64,000 bases of DNA from a virus (Duplodnaviria; Caudoviricetes): IMG/VR virus record IMGVR_UViG_3300032295_002982, positions 1 to 64,000 of that record; one strand, given 5' to 3'. This document shows, piece after piece, positions 1 to 6,794 of this stretch (its first letter is position 1; each line of letters starts with the position of its first letter). The position numbers were made by a program, and so were the translations under genes. The notes under the pieces were generated by a model. It was not told the DNA's origin. It saw nothing but the letters and a program-made list of their open reading frames with translations, and did no database searches.

Positions 1-1
1 C

Positions 2-301
2 AACTACAAAGACGGCGCATTCAGTTCTGTCAAACCAGCAAATTCCATTGACAAAGGTGGTCGTGGCGCCTGGCAGATTGCTGTTCGTGCCAGCGAGTTT
101 GACGCAGCACCAATCGCAGTGGCCACAGGCAAAACCAATCGTGCTACTGCAATGACCTATGGTGTGACTTGGTTTGCAACTGACAATGTTCGCTTCATGC
201 TGAACTATGTTGACACCAAGTTTGATGCCTTGGTTGGCAGCTCCGGCAGTCGTGTGAATGGCGATCGAGCAATCATGTTCCGAAGCCAAGTTAATTTCTA
301 A
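2..301 (+). CDS. OprO/OprP-type phosphate-selective porin, C-terminal fragment (5' end outside window)
   Basis: Frame open from base 2. GAWQIAVRAS, GVTWF..NVRFMLNY and a terminal RSQVNF (C-terminal Phe) are typical of OprO/P beta-barrels. Confidence 0.75.
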   Translation, partial: NYKDGAFSSVKPANSIDKGGRGAWQIAVRASEFDAAPIAVATGKTNRATAMTYGVTWFATDNVRFMLNYVDTKFDALVGSSGSRVNGDRAIMFRSQVNF

Positions 302-314
302 ATCGCTGCGACTC

Positions 315-343
315 AAAAAAAAAGGCACTGCGGTGCCTTTTTT
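315..343. terminator. Bidirectional intrinsic terminator
   Basis: A9-GGCAC-TGCG-GTGCC-T6. Confidence 0.85.
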
Positions 344-349
344 CATGGA

Positions 350-378
350 TTGTAACAAAACGGTAACACGGCTTTACT
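350..378 (+). promoter_or_regulatory. Pho-box-like PhoB site upstream of plcP
   Basis: TTGTAAC-aaaa-CGGTAAC-acgg-CTTTACT: CTGTCAT-like heptamers at 11-bp pitch. Confidence 0.6.
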
Positions 379-389
379 TAAATAATATT

Positions 390-1220
390 ATGGCTAGAGA
401 CTATCGCAGCATCTTTATCAGTGATGTGCATCTTGGCACCAAAGACTGCAAGGCCGATGCCTTGAACAATTTTTTGAAACATCATACCTGCGAATATCTT
501 TACCTGGTGGGCGACATCATTGACGGTTGGAAAATCAAACAAAACAAGTGGCGCTGGAAACAGAGTCACACCAATGTGGTAAGAAGAATACTGGGACATG
601 CCAAACGTGACACCAGAGTGATCTATGTCTTGGGCAACCATGATGAATTTTTGAGACCGTTTTTGCAGTACAATTTGAACTTTGGTCGAGTAGAACTTCA
701 CAATCAGATCGAGCACATTGGTGCTGATGGAAGACACTATCTCGTGGTACATGGAGACCTGTTTGATGGCATCACAAGACTGGCTCCCTGGTTGAATTTC
801 TTGGGAGATCGAGCATATGATTTTATCCTATCAGTTAATAATAGATTTAATTGGTTCCTACATAGAATGGGTTTTGGTTATTGGAGCCTATCTGGTTTCC
901 TTAAGCACAAGGTAAAAAAAGCCGTGGACTTTGTGTTTCAGTTTGAACGTAACCTTGCGGGTTACTGTAAGAAACGCGGCTTTGATGGCGTGATATGTGG
1001 ACACATACATCAGGCCGAAATCAAGCAGATCGACGGAGTCACATACATGAATGACGGCGACTGGGTAGAAAGCTGTACTGCTCTAGTTGAGCACCACGAC
1101 GGCCAGTGGTCAGTGGTGACATGGACACAGGAGAAGGACAATGTGGTTGATGATATTGATAGCGGTCCACATCAACGATCCACGAGACATACCAGCTCGA
1201 GTGACCTTGCAATTTCCTGA
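390..1220 (+). CDS. plcP: PlcP/LpxH-like metallophosphoesterase (probable phospholipase C PlcP)
   Basis: FISDVHLG, LVGDIIDGW, GNHDEF, HGDLFD, YWSLS, GVICGHIH and NDGDWVESCTALVE match the PlcP subfamily as I recall it. Start set at ATG 390. Confidence 0.75.
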   Translation: MARDYRSIFISDVHLGTKDCKADALNNFLKHHTCEYLYLVGDIIDGWKIKQNKWRWKQSHTNVVRRILGHAKRDTRVIYVLGNHDEFLRPFLQYNLNFGRVELHNQIEHIGADGRHYLVVHGDLFDGITRLAPWLNFLGDRAYDFILSVNNRFNWFLHRMGFGYWSLSGFLKHKVKKAVDFVFQFERNLAGYCKKRGFDGVICGHIHQAEIKQIDGVTYMNDGDWVESCTALVEHHDGQWSVVTWTQEKDNVVDDIDSGPHQRSTRHTSSSDLAIS

Positions 1221-1311
1221 TCAGGCCACGTGCGAACACAGCAGACAGACCATGCAGTACTGGACAAAGTTTGAATCATTTAGAATTGAAGGCAAATGCA
1301 TACAAAAATGA
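1141..1311 (+). CDS. Small hypothetical protein (56 aa, MWLMILIAVHINDPRDIP...)
   Basis: Hand-translated ORF. Its stop overlaps the next ATG (ATGA at 1308-1311) and it overlaps the plcP 3' end. Confidence 0.55.
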   Translation: MWLMILIAVHINDPRDIPARVTLQFPDQATCEHSRQTMQYWTKFESFRIEGKCIQK

Positions 1312-2021
1312 CCACGCTGGGTGAAAAACTCACGATAGTTGTGCCCTGTAAAAACGAAGAAAATTACATCGGTCACATGCTCACAGCATTGCGCTCACAA
1401 AAAATCAGCGACACCAAAATTATCATTGCAGACAGTTCCACGGACAACACCCGTACTGTTATTGCTGCCAACAGTCAATTTCTCAACATCACCATCGTGG
1501 ATGGCGGATCTGTGTCTCAGGCACGCAACACCGGTGCAGCTTTGGCTACTACTCCTTATATTTTGTTTCTTGACGCTGATGTGCTGTTTAGGGACAATTG
1601 GGTGATTCGTGACGCAGTGGAGGCCATGGAAACACAGGATCTTGATCTAGCCACTGCCAAGATATACTGCTACACCAATGACTGGCGAGCTGAATTTGGC
1701 TTCAGCCTGTTCAATGCTGTGAACTCAGTGCTCAGTAGATTCAGTCCCTTTGCTGTGGGTGCTTTCATGCTGACTCGCAGAACTGTGTTTGAAAGTCTGG
1801 GCGGCTTTGATCAACGTTACATAACCAGCGAAGATTTTTTCCTATCAAGGCAGTATGATCCAAAAAAATTTCAGATTCTCAATCACTACTTTGGTCAAGA
1901 CAATCGTAGATTTAAAAAGATGGGATACTTTGGTATGGCTGGGTATCTGGTGAAAAACTTTGTGAATCGCAACAATCCCAGATACTGGGATCAAATGAGT
2001 CATCGTGATTATTGGAGTTGA
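1308..2021 (+). CDS. Glycosyltransferase family 2
   Basis: LTIVVPCKNEE, IIIADSSTDNT, ARNTGA, ILFLDAD (DxD), GGFD, ED motifs. Confidence 0.9.
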   Translation: MTTLGEKLTIVVPCKNEENYIGHMLTALRSQKISDTKIIIADSSTDNTRTVIAANSQFLNITIVDGGSVSQARNTGAALATTPYILFLDADVLFRDNWVIRDAVEAMETQDLDLATAKIYCYTNDWRAEFGFSLFNAVNSVLSRFSPFAVGAFMLTRRTVFESLGGFDQRYITSEDFFLSRQYDPKKFQILNHYFGQDNRRFKKMGYFGMAGYLVKNFVNRNNPRYWDQMSHRDYWS

Positions 2022-2064
2022 AACGGACGCAATGATAGAGCGTCACCGGAACTCGTAACCGGTT

Positions 2065-2086
2065 GCCCCAGACGGGGCTTTTTTTT
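2065..2086 (+). terminator. Intrinsic terminator
   Basis: GCCCC-AGAC-GGGGC-T8. Confidence 0.85.
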
Positions 2087-2096
2087 GCCTATCCAT

Positions 2097-2125
2097 TTGA
2101 CGGTTTGACAGCAACGCTGTATAAT
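2097..2125 (+). promoter_or_regulatory. sigma70-type promoter
   Basis: TTGACG-17-TATAAT. Confidence 0.8.
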
Positions 2126-2152
2126 TACTGTATACTTTTTTAGGAACCTATC

Positions 2153-2359
2153 ATGGATATCACTGCAAGTGTTTTGTTTTTGGCTGGTAGTTTGTTGATC
2201 ATGGCCAGCGTGTTGATCATTGCAGCAGCCATTGTGGCAATCAACAACCTCATCTATCGTTTTTGGAAACCCCTGAACTGGTTTAGATTTTTTGACTACA
2301 CCACCGTGGTGAGAACTGTGGAACGCAACGAACCCACGGTAGAAAAGCCCCCGAAGTAA
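2153..2359 (+). CDS. Small membrane protein
   Basis: N-terminal hydrophobic helix, AGGA RBS, promoter upstream. Confidence 0.65.
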   Translation: MDITASVLFLAGSLLIMASVLIIAAAIVAINNLIYRFWKPLNWFRFFDYTTVVRTVERNEPTVEKPPK

Positions 2360-2378
2360 ATACAGTTTTGGGGGAATC

Positions 2379-2567
2379 ATGTTACAAGCAATGATTGTGG
2401 TATTGTTGGTATTGATGTCATTGGCAGGGTGCTCGTCACAATATGATCTCTGCATAGAGCGTGAGAAACAGGAATATCGTCAACGCAATCCTGGTGCATC
2501 TTACGGACAGGTGCAGAGCCGACAGGCTGACTTTGAGATGATGTGCAGTAGTCTGCGTGGCAAATAA
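2379..2567 (+). CDS. Small lipoprotein
   Basis: Signal peptide with LAGC lipobox. Confidence 0.65.
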   Translation: MLQAMIVVLLVLMSLAGCSSQYDLCIEREKQEYRQRNPGASYGQVQSRQADFEMMCSSLRGK

Positions 2568-2625
2568 TAAACTGTGCCTATTGGTTCCATAAAAAAATAT
2601 TTAGGCAAAACCTACTAAATCTGTG

Positions 2626-2655
2626 TTGACAATAGCGACTGTGATGCTATATAAT
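2626..2655 (+). promoter_or_regulatory. sigma70-type promoter of rubrerythrin
   Basis: TTGACA-18-TATAAT. Confidence 0.7.
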
Positions 2656-2690
2656 AGTGTTGCATCGCAAAACTTTTTAAGGAGACTCAG

Positions 2691-3125
2691 ATGAAAGTAA
2701 CAGGAACCAAAACAGAACAGCATCTCAAGGATGCATTTGCAGGTGAATCAAAAGCCAATCGTCGCTATCTTTATTTCGCGAACATGGCCGACATTGCAGG
2801 TGCAACTGATGTAGCCAACATTTTCCGTCATACCGCAGAAGGCGAAACTGGTCATGCACACGGTCACATGGAATACTTGATTGCAGGTGGTTCAGGTGAC
2901 CCCGAAACCGGCCTGCCAGCAGGCGACATCGTACAGGCACTGGAGAGTGCCATCCATGGCGAAACACACGAATACACTGACATGTATCCAGGCATGGCTC
3001 GTGATGCTCGTGACGAAGGCTTTGACGAAATCGCAGACTGGTTTGATACCTTGGCCAAGGCCGAGCGTAGCCATGCTGGCAAGTTCAAGAAAACTCTTGA
3101 CACTTACCGCGCAGAAAGCGCCTAA
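2691..3125 (+). CDS. rbr: Rubrerythrin (short form, no rubredoxin domain)
   Basis: [48 protein letters not shown] diiron motifs. Confidence 0.92.
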   Translation: MKVTGTKTEQHLKDAFAGESKANRRYLYFANMADIAGATDVANIFRHTAEGETGHAHGHMEYLIAGGSGDPETGLPAGDIVQALESAIHGETHEYTDMYPGMARDARDEGFDEIADWFDTLAKAERSHAGKFKKTLDTYRAESA

Positions 3126-3133
3126 CAACACAA

Positions 3134-3156
3134 TGCGGGGGCAGACTGCCCCCGCA
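3134..3156. other. Perfect 11-bp intergenic inverted repeat without U-tract
   Basis: TGCGGGGGCAG-A-CTGCCCCCGCA between rbr and the DUF3501 RBS. Confidence 0.6.
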
Positions 3157-3167
3157 GGGAGACTACA

Positions 3168-3770
3168 ATGCTAACACCTCAAGACCTACATTCATTAGAA
3201 ACATACAGTGCGATGCGCTCGGACTACAAACTCAAGGCCGTGGAACATCGTCGTCGTAGACAGATCAAACTGGGACAAAACATGACCCTGCATTTTGAGA
3301 ATCGCGACACTGTGCAGTATCAGATTCAAGAAATGTTGTTGATTGAACGCACATTCAGTCAACAGGGAATTCAAGACGAACTGGATGCTTACAATCCACT
3401 GATTCCCACAGGCACCAATCTCAAGGCCACGCTGACCATTGAGTACAGTGAGCCTGCGCTGCGAGCCGCTGCTCTCACACGTTTGCATGGTGTGGAAGAT
3501 CGTGTGTATGCACGAGTGGAAGGTCATGCACCTGTGTATGCTGTTGCTGACGAAGATCTTGATCGTAGCACGGATACCAAGACCTCAGCGGTGCATTTCT
3601 TGCGTTTTGAATTTACCCCAGACATGATCCGCTCGCTGCAACAGGATCAGGCTGCGTTGACCGTGGGCGTGGACCATGCGGAATACACTCACAGTGCTCG
3701 GGTGTACAGTATCGCACTGCAAAGTTTGATTGCAGATTTTGATCAACAACCCATGGTAGTATTGTCATAA
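3168..3770 (+). CDS. DUF3501 family protein
   Basis: LHFENRDTVQYQIQEML.IER, YNPLIP, LKATLTIEY, SAVHFLRFEF; usual neighbour of rubrerythrin. Confidence 0.85.
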   Translation: MLTPQDLHSLETYSAMRSDYKLKAVEHRRRRQIKLGQNMTLHFENRDTVQYQIQEMLLIERTFSQQGIQDELDAYNPLIPTGTNLKATLTIEYSEPALRAAALTRLHGVEDRVYARVEGHAPVYAVADEDLDRSTDTKTSAVHFLRFEFTPDMIRSLQQDQAALTVGVDHAEYTHSARVYSIALQSLIADFDQQPMVVLS

Positions 3771-3780
3771 CGAGGAATCA

Positions 3781-4185
3781 ATGTTAGAATGTTTGATTGT
3801 TGGAGATAGTATTGCTGTAGGTGTAAGTCAGGTACGCCCTGAGTGTCAGGCCATTGTCAAAAGCGGTATCAACAGCAGTGACTGGAACAAAAAACATTTG
3901 CATAAGTTAAAGCCCACCCGGACACTGATTATAAGTTTGGGTGCAAATGATCTAGGTATTAACACAGAAGGTCATGTTAGATCATTGCGAACCAATGCCC
4001 AGGCTGATCGAGTGTTTTGGTTGCTGCCTAGTCAAAAGCTAAAACCTCAACAAGTAGCAGCAGTGCGTCAAGTGGCCGAAGAGTTTGGAGACACTGTGAT
4101 TCCAAGACCAGAAAGCAATATCAGTGCCGATGGCGTGCATCCAACTTACAAAGGGTACCGTGTGTTAGGAGAATTGACCAAGTAG
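3781..4185 (+). CDS. SGNH/GDSL hydrolase-like protein
   Basis: GDSIA, SLGAND, DGVHP motifs. Confidence 0.75.
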   Translation: MLECLIVGDSIAVGVSQVRPECQAIVKSGINSSDWNKKHLHKLKPTRTLIISLGANDLGINTEGHVRSLRTNAQADRVFWLLPSQKLKPQQVAAVRQVAEEFGDTVIPRPESNISADGVHPTYKGYRVLGELTK

Positions 4186-4197
4186 CAGAAATACAAT

Positions 4198-4217
4198 GCC
4201 CCGTAAGGGGCTTTTTT
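4198..4217 (+). terminator. Intrinsic terminator
   Basis: GCCCC-GTAA-GGGGC-T6. Confidence 0.85.
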
Positions 4218-4230
4218 ATGGAGATATAAA

Positions 4231-4419
4231 TTGACAGAATCACACAAGAGAACCGTAGCAAGAGCAGTATGTTGGCGAATTATTGCTACCTTGGTAACTG
4301 CAATCTGGGCCGGATGGTCGGGAGCCATCATGGCCAACATTGTGTTGACAGTGTTGCACTACGTGCATGAACGAGCCTGGCTGAAAATCAACTGGGGCAA
4401 ACAAAACACAGATACATAG
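4231..4419 (+). CDS. DUF2061 membrane protein
   Basis: ESHKRTVARAVCWRII ... YVHERAW signature. Confidence 0.8.
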   Translation: MTESHKRTVARAVCWRIIATLVTAIWAGWSGAIMANIVLTVLHYVHERAWLKINWGKQNTDT

Positions 4420-4439
4420 TTCAATATAAGGAGGAAACT

Positions 4440-5639
4440 GTGGCAAAAATATTATGTGTATTATACGATGATCCAGTGAATGGATATCCAACCAGCTATG
4501 CTAGGGACACCATTCCAACCATTTCAGGTTATCCTGATGGTCAGACTGCACCAACACCGCATGCAATTGATTTCACTCCCGGTGAGTTGTTAGGAAGTGT
4601 TACAGGTGCTTTAGGCCTGCGTGATTGGTTGGCCCGCGAAGGTCATGAACTAGTGGTCACCAGCGACAAGGATGGCCCTGACAGTGAATTTGAACGACAC
4701 TTACACGATGCGGAAGTTGTGATCAGTCAGCCGTTTTGGCCTGCCTATCTCACTGCCGAACGCATTGCAAAAGCACCAAAACTAAAATTGGCATTAACTG
4801 CCGGAATTGGTTCAGACCACGTTGACCTACAGGCCGCCATGGAACGTGGTATTACTGTGGCTGAAATCACTTACTGCAACAGCAACAGTGTAGCTGAACA
4901 CATTGTGATGCAGATGCTGAGTCTGGTGAGAAACTATATTCCCAGTTACAAACAAGTTGTGGAAGGCGGTTGGAACATTGCCGACTGTGTGAGTCGCAGC
5001 TATGACATCGAAGGCATGCATGTAGGGACAGTGGCAGCAGGACGTATTGGCCTGCGAGCGCTGCGACTGTTGAAACCGTTTGGTGTTCACCTGCATTACT
5101 ATGATCGCCATCGCTTGCCAGAGTCAGTGGAACAAGAACTCAATCTCACCTGGCACGACACTGTGGCAGATATGTTGCCGCACCTGGACATTGTAACCAT
5201 AAACTGCCCATTGCATCCTGAAACCGAACACTTGTTCAATGATGCCATGATTGCGCGAATGAAACGAGGCAGCTACATTGTGAACACAGCACGTGGCAAG
5301 ATCTGTGATCGCGATGCCATTGCTAGAGCATTGGAGTCAGGTCAACTGGCCGGTTATGCAGGAGATGTATGGTTCCCACAACCAGCACCACAGAATCATC
5401 CCTGGAGAAGCATGCCCTGGCATGGCATGACACCGCACATCAGTGGTACCAGTCTCAGTGCCCAGACACGTTATGCAGCCGGTGTGCGTGAAGTGTTGGA
5501 ATGCTGGTTCGAAGGTCGTCCGTTGCGCAATGAATATCTGGTGGTGCAGGGCGGGCAATTGGCCGGAGTTGGTGCTCACAGCTACAGCAAAGGCAACGCC
5601 ACAGGTGGCAGTGAAGAAGCAGCCAAGTTCCGACGTTGA
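4440..5639 (+). CDS. fdh: NAD-dependent formate dehydrogenase
   Basis: AKILCVLYDDP start, QPFWPAYLT, AGIGSDHVDL, VAAGRIG, NTARG, GDVWFPQP, MTPHISGTSLSAQTRYAAG; AGGAGG RBS. Confidence 0.95.
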   Translation: MAKILCVLYDDPVNGYPTSYARDTIPTISGYPDGQTAPTPHAIDFTPGELLGSVTGALGLRDWLAREGHELVVTSDKDGPDSEFERHLHDAEVVISQPFWPAYLTAERIAKAPKLKLALTAGIGSDHVDLQAAMERGITVAEITYCNSNSVAEHIVMQMLSLVRNYIPSYKQVVEGGWNIADCVSRSYDIEGMHVGTVAAGRIGLRALRLLKPFGVHLHYYDRHRLPESVEQELNLTWHDTVADMLPHLDIVTINCPLHPETEHLFNDAMIARMKRGSYIVNTARGKICDRDAIARALESGQLAGYAGDVWFPQPAPQNHPWRSMPWHGMTPHISGTSLSAQTRYAAGVREVLECWFEGRPLRNEYLVVQGGQLAGVGAHSYSKGNATGGSEEAAKFRR

Positions 5640-5644
5640 TTTGG

Positions 5645-5652
5645 TATAAATA
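5645..5652 (+). promoter_or_regulatory. T4-type late promoter motif
   Basis: TATAAATA. TAAATA cores also precede genes at about 2357, 11411, 15440 and 23837. Confidence 0.5.
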
Positions 5653-5656
5653 ACTG

Positions 5657-5685
5657 TTGACATTACATTGTTTGTATTGTAAAAT
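5657..5685 (+). promoter_or_regulatory. sigma70-type promoter (leaderless start predicted at ATG 5692)
   Basis: TTGACA-17-TAAAAT; the A of ATG lies 7 nt after the -10. Confidence 0.85.
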
Positions 5686-5691
5686 AACATC

Positions 5692-5781
5692 ATGAACGCA
5701 ACAACAGCCTGGTTATCAATAGAACGCACAACACTGTGTGTGACCATCTATGAGCGTGATCCGGGCACAGGGCCTGCGTGA
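5692..5781 (+). CDS. Putative attenuator leader peptide 1 (29 aa)
   Basis: MNATTAWLSIERNTLCVTIYERDPGTGPA*. Its last codons overlap an antiterminator strand. Confidence 0.65.
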   Translation: MNATTAWLSIERTTLCVTIYERDPGTGPA

Positions 5782-5806
5782 TTGTTTGAGAATTCAACAG
5801 TTAACG

Positions 5807-5839
5807 AGCCCTGGACCAAAAATCCAGGGCTTTTCATTT
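5807..5839 (+). terminator. Attenuator terminator 1
   Basis: AGCCCTGGA-CCAAAAA-TCCAGGGCT-TTTCATTT. Confidence 0.8.
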
Positions 5840-5850
5840 CAGGGAGAGCA

Positions 5851-6015
5851 ATGACAGAATCAGACATAGCAAAACTAAACGAACGTATTGAACGACAAAA
5901 ATTTGTGTTGGACAAAGAATTATATCAGCAGTTGATTCGTGCCAAACTGGCAAGATTGAACAGTTGGTTTGGTGTTACAAAAACAGCAACAGAGTTGCTA
6001 AAATCGCAAGATTGA
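5851..6015 (+). CDS. Hypothetical protein (54 aa)
   Basis: GGGAG RBS, MTESDIAKLNERIERQK... Confidence 0.6.
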   Translation: MTESDIAKLNERIERQKFVLDKELYQQLIRAKLARLNSWFGVTKTATELLKSQD

Positions 6016-6040
6016 CCAATATTGAATTGTGTAGTAACAT
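6012..6040 (+). promoter_or_regulatory. sigma70-type promoter of the tRNA-Tyr-like gene
   Basis: TTGACC-17-TAACAT. Confidence 0.55.
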
Positions 6041-6048
6041 AGAGTCAA

Positions 6049-6137
6049 GGGTGTTGCCCCGGTCAGCGGTCTGTAAAACCGTCGGCATTGTCAAGATCGG
6101 AAGTTGCCTCGTGGAGCGTTACCATCAGCACCCACCA
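6049..6137 (+). tRNA. Non-canonical tRNA-Tyr(GTA)-like gene, D-armless, 8/4 fold
   Basis: Acceptor GGGTGTTG/CAGCACCC-A-CCA; anticodon arm GCGGT-CTGTAAA-ACCGT; long variable arm; 4-bp T stem GTGG/CCAT. Confidence 0.7.
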
Positions 6138-6145
6138 TGTATGAC

Positions 6146-6174
6146 TTGACTGAAATGATCAAGTCCGCTATACT
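6146..6174 (+). promoter_or_regulatory. sigma70-type promoter
   Basis: TTGACT-17-TATACT. Confidence 0.8.
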
Positions 6175-6225
6175 AGACGGTATAGCAAGTAACAAAGCAG
6201 TATTCTTTAACAATTTGACATAGAT

Positions 6226-6300
6226 GCACCCATCGTCTAGCGGTGAGGACACTGCCCTTTCAAGGCAGGAACACGGGTTCGAATCCCGTTGGGTGTACCA
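6226..6300 (+). tRNA. trnE: tRNA-Glu(TTC)
   Basis: Cloverleaf, loop CT-TTC-AA, GTTCGAATCC, encoded CCA. Confidence 0.95.
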
Positions 6301-6382
6301 TATTGAAGCACATTTTGATGCCTATTAGGTTGTGGAGTTGATCGCCTACAATACGGTGCGAGATGAGTGTGTTTCAATATGG
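6298..6382 (+). other. Inter-RNA spacer hairpin, copy A
   Basis: CCATATTGAAGCACAT / GTGTGTTTCAATATGG, 16 bp with 2 GU pairs. Confidence 0.7.
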
Positions 6383-6597
6383 TTTCCGGTTACTACTTTC
6401 CTGAAAGTAGCGTGTGGCGACGATAATGATCCCGGTGGCTATGGCACCGTCAGCGAGATATAGACTCTGCCTCGGCGGTGTCTCCGGTTTCTCAGACAGC
6501 ATAGCAGCGTGGACACTACGTGACACAATGTCAATTAGTGTTCGGACAGGGCAACAACTCCAGCTTGGGGGCGACCGTGGAAAAGCGTGGCCCGAGC
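6381..6597 (+). ncRNA. Structured ncRNA, copy A (possibly manA/wcaG-like motif class)
   Basis: CTACTTT/AAAGTAG hairpin; shares GGACAGGGCRACAACTC plus a covarying terminal stem with 8847-9043. Confidence 0.55.
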
Positions 6598-6601
6598 AAT
6601 T

Positions 6602-6789
6602 TTAGGTGTATTGTTTTGGAAAAAATCTGTGTGACCAGGTTAATGCACTCTCACTGTACTGGACGTCGACTCTCAAGGTACACGAGTTGCTGCACACGAA
6701 AAGTCCAGGACGCTGGAACACAATAAGTGTGTCGCGATAAAAGCAAACGGTGGTGGGTATCGCCATCCATAACAAGACAATACACCTAA
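6602..6789 (+). ncRNA. Unknown structured ncRNA
   Basis: 16-bp closing stem TTAGGTGTATTGTTTT/AAGACAATACACCTAA, nested internal stems, possible pseudoknot. Confidence 0.55.
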
Positions 6790-6794
6790 GATAT

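Noticed and set aside
258-389. N-terminal 44-aa extension of plcP in the ORF track
   Set aside because: It runs across the porin stop, the terminator and the Pho box; family similarity begins at ATG 390.
1-5639. Bacterial chromosome origin for the metabolic genes
   Set aside because: They are contiguous with T4-type late motifs, CCA-encoding tRNA arrays, thyX and tail genes, with similar gene packing. A chimeric assembly cannot be excluded without reads.
6301-6380. HDV-like (theta) ribozymes after tRNA 3' ends
   Set aside because: The spacers are simple long hairpins. I could not build the nested P1-P4 double pseudoknot by eye; a descriptor search would settle it.
6695-6712. RNase P RNA (GAAAAGTCCAGG resembles GAGGAAAGUCC)
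   Set aside because: It is too short, the motif is internal, and no matching 3' conserved region is present.
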